This document shows, in pieces, positions 1-57,347 of a DNA stretch of 64,000 nt (the first letter of the stretch is position 1; each line of letters starts with the position of its first letter). The notes under the pieces are model-generated. The model ran no database searches and had not been told where the DNA came from. It was given only the letters and a program-made list of their open reading frames with translations. Location: contig OX597820.1 of the NCBI GenBank assembly GCA_951406725.2, forward strand, positions 20,212,001 through 20,276,000, read 5' to 3'. A program made the translations under genes and the position numbers. The DNA is from Octopus vulgaris (lineage: Eukaryota).

Positions 1-829
1 GTACCAGTTGCTTACTGGGGTTGATTTAATCGACTGGCCCCCTCCCCCAAAATTTCGGGCCTTGTGTCTAGAGTAGAAAAGAATATTTGTGTTAAGGTGG
101 TGAGTTGGCAGAATCATTCGCAGAATTTTGTCCGTCTTAACATTCTGAGTTCAAATTCCACTGAGGTCGACTTTGCCTTTCATAGTTTCAGGGTTGATAA
201 ATTAAGCACCTGTCAAGGACTAGGAGTATGGGGATGGGTGGGGTTGGCAATGTAATCGACCTACCCCCTCATCTCCCCAAATTGTTGGCCTTGTGTCAAC
301 AATTTGGGGGAATGAGGGTGTAGGTTGAATAAAGTGGCGATATGGCAGAATTGTTAGCATGCAGGGCAAAATGCATAGTGGCATTTTGTCCATTCTTAGG
401 TTTGGATTTCAAATTCTGCTCAGGTTGTCTATGCCTTTCATCTTTTCAGGGTTATTTTATTAAGTACCAGTTGAGTGCTGGAGTTGATGCAATCGCTTTA
501 CCTCCCCCACAAAAAAAAAAAAAAATGCTGGCCATGTGCCAAAATTTGAAACCACTATTTGTGTTAATTTCAACAGATGAAATATTGAATATTCAAATAA
601 TATATTACTGTAAGCTATCTAGTTATTAAAATATATGACAGTCACATAGAAGAAGCAATAGCGTTTAATGATCTTCATAACAAAGATATTTGGCAATATC
701 TGACGAGCGAAAGAATGAAACCCTGGATGTCTTACAGTTAGTCATTCATCTCCTATCGTCTTGGGACATTAGATTTTTATTTTCCTGCATTTATAGTTTC
801 CTCAGTTTTCATTAGCTGGTATGTACAGG

Positions 830-1665
830 GCACCATATGAGCATTGGCCTCATGGAGGCAATGTGGCTGGTGGCAGTGTCACGTAACTGGCACCCGTGCA
901 GTGGCACATAAAATGCACCATTCAAGCATTGGGCCTCATGGAGGCAATGTGGTCGATACTGGTATCACATAACTGGCACCCGTGCAGTGGCACATAAAAT
1001 GCACCATTCAAGCATTGGGCCTCATGGAGGCAATGTGGTCGATACTGGTATCACATAACTGGCACCTGTGCAGTGGCACATAAAATGCACCATTCAAGCA
1101 TTGGGCCTCATGGAGGCAATGTGGTCGATACTGGTATCACATAACTGGCACCCGTGCAGTGGCACATAAAATGCACCATTCAAGCATTGGGCCTCATGGA
1201 GGCAATGTGGTCGATACTGGTATCACATAACTGGCACCTGTGCAGTGGCACATAAAATGCACCAGTCAAGCATTGGGCCTCATGGAGGCCATGTGGTCGA
1301 TACTGGTATCACATAACTGGCACCTGTGCAGTGGCACATAAAATGCACCATTCAAGCATTGGGCCTCATGGAGGCAATGTGGTCGATACTGGTATCACAT
1401 AACTGGCACCTGTGCAGTGGCACATAAAATGCACCATTCAAGCATTGGGCCTCATGGAGGCAATGTGGTCGATACTGGTATCACATAACTGGCACCTGTG
1501 CAGTGGCACATAAAATGCACCATTCAAGCATTGGGCCTCATGGAGGCAATGTGGTCGATACTGGTATCACATAACTGGCACCTGTGCAGTGGTACATAAA
1601 ATGCACCATTCAAGCATTGGGCCTCATGGAGGCAATGTGGTCAATGCTGGTGTCACGTAACCTGT
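830..1665 (+). repeat. 86-bp minisatellite, about 9-10 copies, inside an RTE-type 3' end
   Basis: gtggcacataaaatgcaccattc recurs at 901, 987, 1073 ... 1589 and runs into the RTE tail ending in (GAT)n near 1865. Confidence 0.92.
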
Positions 1666-2334
1666 GCCAGTGAAACGTAAAAACACCCATTACTCTATTG
1701 GAGTGGTTACATTAGGAAGGGCATCCAACTGTAGAAACCATGCCAAATCAGACTGGAATCTGGTGCAGCTCCTCATCTAACTAGCCCTGGTCAAACTGTC
1801 TAACCCAGGTCAACATGGACAATAGACGTTAAATGATGATGATGATGATGATGATGTTGATGATGATAGACAATTTCATCAGCCTAGAATTGGCTGCCTT
1901 TGTAAACTACTGCAAATAGTACTTTTTATCCCATTTTTAAAAATCTTTTATTTGTTCCAGTCATTAGACTCTGGCCATGCTGGATCACTGCCTTGAAGGG
2001 TTTAGTCGATCCCAATACTTATTTCGGTTTTAAGCCCGATATTTATTCAGTGAGAATCTTGGTGGAACCACTAAGTTACAAAGACATAAACGAACAAACA
2101 CTGGTAGTTGAGCAGTAAGGAACAAACGGGAAGACACACACATACATATACACCCCCACCTCTCTCTCTCTCTATATATATATATATACCCTACCAAGAA
2201 TTCACATGGACCTTGGACCCACAAGAGTAAACAAGAGAGACAGAGACAGGCAGAAACAAGGAAAATGCCACTTGTATTTGAAAACTATACAAATATTCTT
2301 TTAAAAAAACTTTTCTTTTAATTTTTTAATCGTT

Positions 2335-2373
2335 ACAGTTGAAAAGGTCTCAAATGACCGAAACCGGTACTGA
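2335..2373 (+). ncRNA. Minimal type I hammerhead ribozyme motif, U3-A8 core
   Basis: cag-TTGAAAA-ggtc(tcaaat)gacc-GAAAC-cg-GTA-ctg: helix I, helix II and a palindromic helix III all pair. It lies in a ~240-bp element between (TA)n tracts. Confidence 0.6.
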
Positions 2374-2439
2374 AATGTTCTTTATAAAATTATTTTAGCA
2401 TTTTCTATCTTGAATTGTTTTTTCATATATATATATATA

Positions 2440-2955
2440 CTAGCAGTATCGCCCGGCGTTGCTCGGGTTTGTAAGGGAAATAACTATATAAGCATTTTTA
2501 GAGAGTTACTTCCTTTATAGATGCCAATTCGGGCTTTCTTAGCCATTTCTGTTTTGGTGTCTTCAAGCCATGAAGTCGTTGTTCTAAAAGAACGCTGGTC
2601 TCCTTGACAACGCATTACGACGTTGATTTCCTTAAACTCCCTTCCCTACAGCTTCACGAGGGAGGGAAGAAGGGGGAGAAGCAAACACAGGTGCAGGTGT
2701 TTGAGCGTGGATGCCAACTCCGCCGCCATCGACACACGAAAAATTATGCATTAAATGGAATAAAAAATGATGTTAAATTATTTTTAAAATCGTAGACTCA
2801 TCGTAGACGTGCGCTAATAGCCAGACGGGCTCGATATTAATCACGACTATAAGATACCCGGATTTGGTTAAACTGCACCGCAAAATGTGGGAGGAGTTAG
2901 GAATCTAAATCGTAGGAGACAGACACTCACACAACTACAGTTTTATATATATAGA
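2440..2955 (-). mobile_element. Non-autonomous Helitron
   Basis: On the - strand it starts TC(TATATATAAAA) and ends in a GC-rich subterminal segment + CTAG, inserted at A|T. Related copies at 14225, 28660 and 55497. Confidence 0.75.
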
Positions 2956-3475
2956 TGTGTGAGTGTGTATAATATACACATGTATGAGTGCGTGTGTGTG
3001 CCTGCCTGAAGGGCTTCCCGTCTACTGAATTCGCTCACAAGGTTATAGTGTAACACACTTGCCCAAGATGGCACACAATGTGATTGAAAACTGAAACCAC
3101 GTCAGTCAATATCGTCAATGAATGAATCATTTGTATAAAGTAAGTCTAAAAAAACGACATTCAATGCCAACGCTAATTTGTTAAATTCTTGTGCAAATTG
3201 CTCATTACCTTTTATTTTTTGACGACGGAATAACTCTTTCTTCTTGCACTCATCTGGCCTTGGGGTGAAAAGGACCAGACAAATGATTTCCCATTCAATT
3301 TCATCAGATTGTTTTTCAACTTTGGCTTATTTTAAGGGAAGGGTTTAAATTAAAATCATCCAGAGAAATCATGCTAGGTCTTATTTTTTGTTTAGGTCTT
3401 ATTTTCGGTGAAACAGGGTATGGGTTTCATGGTGAAGGCAAAGAATACGGACACCCCGGTGTTTAGGCTTAGGGT

Positions 3476-4508
3476 TGTAGGAAATACGACCGTATGTGGA
3501 GGTTGGCGACATAGGTAAGTCACACGGTCGCATTCCTAACGAAATAAGATAAGCCATAAATACAATTTATAGAATGCAGTGCCAACAGAATATAAATGAA
3601 TTGACGACAAGCCATTCCACTGTTTGAGAGAGGATAAGATTTTATTTAGAATGGTGTTAATGTTAGAAGGTTGTGAGTGCTAGCAAGTGTGTGTGTGTGT
3701 GTGCATGCAACACGTGTTTGTGTCTGTGTGTCCGTGTGTGCATGCAACACGTGTTTGTGTCTGTGTGTTCGTGTGTGTGACAGATACAATAAGGGTGAAT
3801 GCGTGTGGCATAGAAGGTACAGAGCACAGAGTTAATGATGGAAATTGGTTTACAGTTCATAAGGTACACGATGTGTAAGAGTTCAATATCAAGATGTTGT
3901 GTCTCGGGCGGAGGCAGGTTGGGCGAATATGTCGAGCCGCGGTCGTGGTCTCAAATCGGCGAGCTGGTTCTCCTGATATAGATTTCTTTAGATGGACTGT
4001 TTCTACTTGGTGAAGGCATTCACTCAAATAGCGTAGTTCTGTGAAGTTGGTGTGTACATGTCTGAAGTGGACGATGGTGATGGCGACTTGAAGTTGGTAC
4101 AATGATGGTGACGACGGCGGCGGAGATTGAAGGCTTTCTGTGGTGAGTGTACATTAGCGTCGTCGTGGCTGATCGTCTGTCGCTGTGACTGGAACATGTT
4201 GAGTAGCTATGTGGTCAGAGGTTTAGTCCTTATAAGGACTAGAACCAAAGACACAAATATACTGAGAACACTCCCTTATATACAAGTAAGGTGGCTCAAC
4301 AGAGCCTAGGAAATGGGACCTTAACCTAAGGCTGTGATTGGTTGGCTTTGGCCAGTGGCACGAAATAAGTAGAGACAAATCGCGTCACATGTCAACCAAT
4401 CAGGTTAGTGGTTACAACAGGAACAACTCGGCCAAAGATGGCTGTAATCTCAAACGTGATCATTCCTGCTGTGTCTCTCAAACAGAGAGGATATCAGAGA
4501 CCGCTACA
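3476..4508 (-). mobile_element. Solo LTR (1033 bp), Gypsy-like 4-bp TSD
   Basis: Termini TGTAG...CTACA; TSD GGGT at 3472-3475 and 4509-4512. The - strand shows CCAAT, then TATATAAG (~4276-4283), then AATAAA (~3642-3647). Confidence 0.75.
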
Positions 4509-4557
4509 GGGTTAAGGTTTTTGTTACACCGAAAACGAGTGGTGTGTGTATTAAATA

Positions 4558-5130
4558 TAATAATAATAATAATAATGAAATTATTGTATACAGTGCTCAA
4601 GTGCACCGCAACTTGTCAAAAGTGTGTATAAAAGCATATGCAGTAATGTACAAATGTCTGGAAAGTGAACAGTGTATGAGTCAGATACATGCTTGCGTGT
4701 GTATGGAAGGAAGAAAATCAGGTGTAGTGTTGGCAAATCTCAGGAAGCATGAAAGATTTGAAGGATGCAATGCCCTGACAGTTTGTTCCATGCTTCAGCA
4801 ACTCTTAGCGTGAAAAAATGTTTCAGAAAGTCATGGGAGCTGTGCTGTTTTCTGACTTTGTAAACATGTCCACGGGTGTTAGACAGGTGGAGTTTGAAAA
4901 GGTGCTCAGAGTTATTGTTAGTAAGATGTTAATTATTTTATGGGTGTCTGTCAAGTCAGCTGCCAGACTTCGGAGTTTCAATGTATCCCTGCCCGGGGAA
5001 GTAAGGCGTTCAGAATATGGCAAATGCCTGATGGAGGGTATTCTCTTGGTTGCACATTACTGAACGGCTTCCAGACGATTAATATCCTGGGCAAGATTGG
5101 GGTTCCGCCGGGTTTCACTTATTGTGATTG
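4558..5130 (-). mobile_element. CR1-clade LINE 3' fragment
   Basis: YSERL..DTLKLRSLAADL and TRGH.YKVRKQ..HFFTLRVAEAWNKL, typical of the CR1/L2 ORF2 C-terminus; (TTA)n tail. Confidence 0.8.
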
Positions 5131-5144
5131 AAAGTTCAAAGTGA

Positions 5145-5302
5145 GTGAGCACGAGAGAGAGGGAGAGAGAGAGTGTGTGTGTGTGAGAGAGGGAGAGAGA
5201 GAGTGTGTGTGTGTGAGAGAGAGGGAGAGAAAGTGCGTGTGTGTGTGAGAGAGAGATCGGGAGAGAGAGAGAGTGTGTGTGTGTGTGAGAGAGGGAGAGA
5301 GA

Positions 5303-5363
<61 letters not shown>

Positions 5364-5458
5364 TGTGTGTGTGTGAGAGAGGGAGAGAGAGTGTGTGTGT
5401 GTGAGAGAGAGAGCGGGAGAGAGAGAGTGTGTGTGTGTGTGTGAGAGAGGGAGAGAGA

Positions 5459-5495
<37 letters not shown>

Positions 5496-5617
5496 TGTGT
5501 GTGTGTGAGAGGAGAGAGAGAGAGTGTGTGTGTGAGAGAGGGAGAGAGAGTGTGTGTGTGTGAGAGAGAGAGCGGGAGAGAGAGAGAGTGTGTGTGTGTG
5601 AGAGAGGGAGAGAGAGA

Positions 5618-5658
<41 letters not shown>

Positions 5659-5697
5659 TGTGTGTGTGTGTGAGAGAGAGAGCGGAGAGAGAGAGAG

Positions 5698-5729
<32 letters not shown>

Positions 5730-5838
5730 GTGTGTGTGTGTGAGAGAGGGAGAGAGAGTGTGTGTGTGTGAGAGAGGGAGAGAGAGAGTGTGTGTGTGTG
5801 AGAGAGGGAGAGAGAGTGTGTGTGTGTGAGAGAGGGAG

Positions 5839-5908
<70 letters not shown>

Positions 5909-5929
5909 TGTGTGTGTGAGAGAGGAGAG

Positions 5930-5971
<42 letters not shown>

Positions 5972-6011
5972 TGTGTGTGTGTGTGAGAGAGAGAGCGGGA
6001 GAGAGAGAGAG

Positions 6012-6104
<93 letters not shown>

Positions 6105-6380
6105 GTGTGTGTGTGTGAGAGAGGGAGAGAGAGTGTGTGTGTGGTGAGAGAGAGGGAGAGAAAGTGCGTGTGTGTGTGAGAGAGAGATCGGGAGAGAGAG
6201 AGAGTGTGTGTGTGTGTGAGAGAGGGAGAGAAAGTGTGTGTGTGTGAGAGAGGGAGAGAGAGTGTGTGTGTGTGAGAGAGAGAGCGGGAGAGAGAGAGAG
6301 TGTGTGTGTGTGTGTGTGAGAGAGATAGAGGGAGAGAGAGTGTGTGTGTGTGTGAGAGAGAGAGCGGGAGAGAGAGAGTG

Positions 6381-6412
<32 letters not shown>

Positions 6413-6450
6413 TGTGTGTGTGTGTCAAAGAGAGCGGGGGGAGAGAGAGA

Positions 6451-6483
<33 letters not shown>

Positions 6484-6484
6484 G
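5145..6484. repeat. 1.3-kb compound (GT)n/(GA)n microsatellite just upstream of RECQL exon 1
   Basis: Directly visible alternating GT and GA blocks. Confidence 0.97.
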
Positions 6485-6641
6485 GGTAAAAAATTTTATA
6501 GAACTCGTTGTCATTGAACACCGCCGAAAGTGCTCGGTGTAAATATTACCGGCTTCGTAAATATTTATTTATTATATATTTCAAAATATTCCTTCTGCTC
6601 TTTAGAAGATTTTAATACATGTTTTTGGCAGTAGCAGTGTA

Positions 6642-52905
<46,264 letters not shown>

Positions 52906-52918
52906 TGAAACATTCTAA

Positions 52919-52924
52919 ATTAAA
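52919..52924 (+). promoter_or_regulatory. Candidate polyadenylation signal ATTAAA for RECQL
   Basis: Starts 14 nt after the stop codon and is followed by GT/T-rich sequence (52926-52980). Confidence 0.4.
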
Positions 52925-53518
52925 CTTTGTTTTTTGTACATCATAAGATGTTATTTGTTTTCATTGTTCTTTTTTTGCTGTTCTGAGATAAGTCAATTTC
53001 TTTATTAACCCTGAGGTTGAGAAAAAGAGGGGACGATAGGAGGACAGACAAAACAAACATTGGGGTCAGGGTATCGAATGAGACGAAACGTATGAACAAA
53101 CAAACAATTAAAATATATGCAATTAAATTAGCAGCATTTCAATTCTCTTTACGTTCTGAGTCCAAATTCTGCAGCGGTCGACCTCATATTTTATCCCTTT
53201 GGGGTCGATAACAATAAGTACCAGTAGAGCACTGGCATCCTTTTGGGTTTGATGAATTAAGTACCAGTCGAGTACTGGGGTCGATGTGATTGACTGTCTC
53301 CTTCCCCATAAATTCCAGGCCTTGTGCCTATAGCAGAAAGAATTGAGATGACATGTTCTGAGTTCAAATTCCATCAAGGTTGACTTTGCCTTTCATCCTT
53401 TCGGGGTCGATAAAGTAAATACCAGTCAAACAATGGGATCGATGTAAACGAGTAGCCTCTCTCCCTCAAGATTTCAGGCCTTGTGCCTATAAAAGAAAAG
53501 GTTATTATTATTATTATT

Positions 53519-54072
53519 GAGTGAGAGAGCAGTTCATGCCATCAAAGTGACATTGGGGTAAAATATACGAAGCCCAATATACCCATCATGACTACCCGTC
53601 TGATAAAGGTACACCAGGCACATGCATCACAACCATATGTGCGCGACATGGTGATCTCATATCAAGATAAACAGCACATGACCTTGCAGGTGGGGCCCAG
53701 TTAGAATTTTCTTCAGGTTGAGTAGCCCATCCCGCTCAAACGGTCCCTGAATAAGGGTTGTTTAAGGATGTTGAAAGAACCACCCATGTTTCCAGAGGTG
53801 AACTATTCAAACCCCAAACAATCCCTCTCAACACATGGCTATGATGCTCCCCCACTACTTCTGCTCGTGATCGGAGATGCACATATCGTCAGCCACTAAG
53901 GGACATGCTCAACTGGTTAAGGTCAAACAACTGACAAGCAAATCTGTGGTATTGAGCAGAATATTTGCTGTAGCCCATCTTTTATACCAAGACAAAACAA
54001 TGTACATGATAACACTTCCAATCAGTTAAGATCAGAAGCCATGAGAGCCACTGCCTGGTACTGCATCAGGGC

Positions 54073-54075
<3 letters not shown>
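53519..54075 (-). mobile_element. ~557-bp non-coding element inserted in (TAA)n
   Basis: Unique-looking sequence bounded by (TTA)n tracts at 53502-53518 and 54075-54103; no ORF. Orientation is a guess. Confidence 0.5.
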
Positions 54076-54103
<28 letters not shown>

Positions 54104-54333
54104 GTGCTAGGCAGCGAGCTGGCAGAATCGTTAGCATGCTGATCGAAATGCTTAGCAGTATTTCGCCTGTCGCTACGCTCTGTGATCAAACTCCATCGAG
54201 GTCGACTTTACCTTTCATCCTTTTGGGGTCAATAAAATAAAAACCAGCAGCTCAATGGGGTCGATGTAATCGACTCATCCCCTCCCCTCAAAAAATTGCT
54301 GCTGCTGCCCTTGTGACAAAATTTGAAACCAAA

Positions 54334-54923
54334 GGCGGCGAGCTGGCAGAAACGTTAGCACGCTGAGCGAAATGCTTAGCGGTATTTTGTCTGCTGCTAC
54401 GTTCTGAGTTCAAATTCCGCCGAGGTCGACTTTGCCTTTCATCCTTTCGGGGTCGATAAATTAAGTACCAGTTACGCACTGGGGTCGATGTAATCGACTT
54501 AATACCTATGTCTGTCCTTGTTTGTCCCCTCTATGTTTAGCCCCTTGTGGGTAATAAAGAAATAGGTATTTTGTCTGTCGCTACGTTCTGAGTTCAAATT
54601 CTGCCGAGGTCAACTTTGCTTTTCATCCTTTCGGGGTCGATAAATTAAGTACCAGTTACGCACTGGGGTCAATGTAATCGACTCAATCCGTTTGTTTGTC
54701 CCCTCTGTGTTTAGCCCCTTGTGGGTAGTAAAGAAATAGGTATTTCATCTGCCGCTACGTTCTGAGTTCAAATTCCGCCGAGGTCGACTTTGCCTTTCAT
54801 CCTTTCGGGGTCGATTAAATAAGTACCAGTTACGCACTGGGGTCGATATAATCGACTTAATCCGTTTGTCTGTCCTTGTTTGTCCCCTCTGTGTAGCCCC
54901 TTGTGGGCAATAAAGAAATAAGA
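54334..54923 (+). mobile_element. Trimeric Meta-like SINE array
   Basis: One tRNA head followed by three ~190-bp bodies joined at aaagaaataggtattt. Confidence 0.78.
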
Positions 54924-55496
54924 AACTGAAAGAAGCTTGTCGCACACACACACGCACGCATATACGCATGCACACACACACGCACACACATACACACACA
55001 TGCCTGTATAAAATTAAATTGTAACTTGATTTAGTTTTACTTTTGTAGAGCTGTTACACATCATCAGGTAGACTCTGTCTGTCTGTCTGCCTAATGTATG
55101 TATGTGTTTGTGTGTGTGTGTCTTTGTCCCCCCCCCATCAATGCTTGATAGATCGATAGAATAAGTATAAGGCTTTAAAGAAAAGTCTAGTAGTCGATTT
55201 ATGCGACTTAACCCTTCAAGCTGATGCCCCAGCATGGCCGCAGTCCAATGACAGGAATGAGTAAAAGATAAACGATAAATTGGATATTACAAAGCGCTAC
55301 AATTAGATTTTCACAGCGATGTTTAAGATCTCCCTTTACAACATTCATTTTGTCTTGATTACTGGGAATACAAGATTATCCGTCTTTGAACAAGCAAAAA
55401 ATATGTAGAAATGATATTGGCTTTTCCGTAAAATTCTTCAATGATTTTATCGCCAAGTCATTCTTGAAATAATCTCTGGAAAAGTTTTTATTAAAA

Positions 55497-55891
55497 CTAG
55501 CAGTATCGCCCGACGTTGCTCGGGTTTGATTCCACCCTTTAGAATTGGAATTTTTGAAAAGGAAAAATTTTGCATTATGTAGCTTCTTATTCTCTTAAAG
55601 TGAACATTTTTCTTGTTGAAATACACCGAAAAATGACGACACAGCAGTGAAAAAAATCGTAAAAAATAGGGATTTTCATAGAAAAAAAAAAAGCACCTTT
55701 TTGATGTTAATAATTTTTGGTGTTAACATAGTCCGATTTGAAATTTTTCTACTACGCAAGGAAGAGCAAGCCTTCTTCTATCATACTCTCAATTTTGGTC
55801 AACTTGTGCCGCAGGGTCTCGGAGAAGATAGTGTTAGTTGAAGGCTACCAAACCTGCCATACACAGACAACTTCAGCTTTATATATATAGA
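55497..55891 (-). mobile_element. Non-autonomous Helitron, same termini but a different body
   Basis: ctagcagtatcgcccgacgttgctcggg ... cttcagctttatatatataga. Confidence 0.68.
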
Positions 55892-57347
55892 TTTGTGAAG
55901 CATCAACGGCAGTAGCAGCTGATCTCTCGTTTACCATCCATGCAAGAAGTGCAAAAGTTTGTTTTAACTGGCATGTCACACGTATTGAGAACATTGTCGC
56001 TGTGAATTTTCTTTCCTATTTTTCATTTTATTTTCTTTGTTTTCTTGATTTGCTTTTTTCCTAGTTTAAAATATTTTTTCTTCTTTCATTTCTCATACTT
56101 TTTTCCCTCACCATGCTTTTTTTTCTTTGTATCACATGACTTTGTTAAAAGGCGGCGAGCTGGCAGAAACGTTAGCACGCCAGGCGAAATGCTTAGCAGT
56201 ATTTCGTCTGTCGCTACGTTCTGAGTTCAAATTCCGCCGAGGTCGACTTTGCCTTTCATCCTTTCGAGGTCGAGTAAATAGTACCAGTTACTCACTGGGG
56301 TCGATGTAATCGACTTGATCACCTTGTCCTTGTTTCTCCCCTCTGTGTTTAGTCCCTTGTGGGTAGTAAAGAAATAGAAATAGGTATTTCGTCTGTCGGT
56401 ACGTTCTGAGTTCAAATTCAGGCGAGGTCGACTTTGCCTTTCATCCTTTCGGGGTCGATAAATAAAGTACCAGTTTCGTACTGGGGTCGATGTAATCGAC
56501 TTAATCCCTTTGTCTGTCCTTGTTTGTCCCCTCTATGTTTAGCCCCTTGTGGGCAGTAAAGAAATATATCACATGACTTTGTGTTTTATTTTAATGGCCT
56601 ACCAATGTATACAGCGTGTTTCTTTGGCCGTGGGTATCGGAAAGACACTCTGCTAGAAATAGAAACAAAACTGAAAGAAGAGGACAACAACCACAACAAC
56701 AAGGATGATGATGATGATAATAATGATAGTTCTCCGCAGGGTTCTTGAAGCATGAGCAGTAAACAACAGCCGACACTTTCCGCCATGCAGAGCGAACTAA
56801 GCTGAGAGTTTTCATAAAAAGAAACAAATCAATGAAATTACATTCTCTACGATATCGTTTATTATGTAAGCCCACGTTACACATTCTTCGGTGATGTAGC
56901 ATCTACAACACCTATGCAGTTATTTATTCCTTTCGTTTGTTAAACACACGTTTTTCCATGCTGTCAGTGCGAAGGCAGGATGTTATTGCTGGACGCTCTC
57001 CTTGTCACCTAACTCTTATGAGCTTCTCAACTTCAGAAATTTCTTTAGTTGACAGGTTTCTTGAAGGCACCGAGCGAGCTACAGGCCGTAATATCCGCAT
57101 AAACACAGTTTCACTCAAACGATGACAAGTATAGAATATAAACATTCACTCACACACGTACAAGGGACACACAAACACACGCATGCACGCACGCATGGCT
57201 GTGTGGTAAGTAGCTTGCTTACCAATCACATGGTTTCGAGTTCAGTCCCACTGCGTGGTACTTTGGGCAAGTGTCTCCCACTATAGCCTTGGGCAGACCA
57301 AAACCTTGTGGGTGGATTTGGTAGACGGAAATTGAAAGAAGCCCGTT

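Noticed and set aside
693-737. CTGACGA...GAAAC...GTC hammerhead-like motif; also CTGATGA-gac..gtc-AAAC at 17906-17935
   Set aside because: Helices I/II do not pair convincingly in the first, and G12 is missing in the second. At most decayed relics.
3857-4200. CpG-rich short ORFs suggesting a divergent gene
   Set aside because: They lie inside the solo LTR, are short and have no recognisable domain.
5136-6521. 461-aa His/Thr/Leu/Ser ORF
   Set aside because: Translation of the (CA)/(CT) compound microsatellite.
53840-54075. Short resemblances to U1/U2 snRNA segments
   Set aside because: Only 10-12-nt matches in inconsistent order or strand, with no Sm site or full structure.
55260-56010. Possible second exon for the antisense candidate at 56603
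   Set aside because: Candidate AG sites either give an early stop in phase 1 or lack a polypyrimidine tract.
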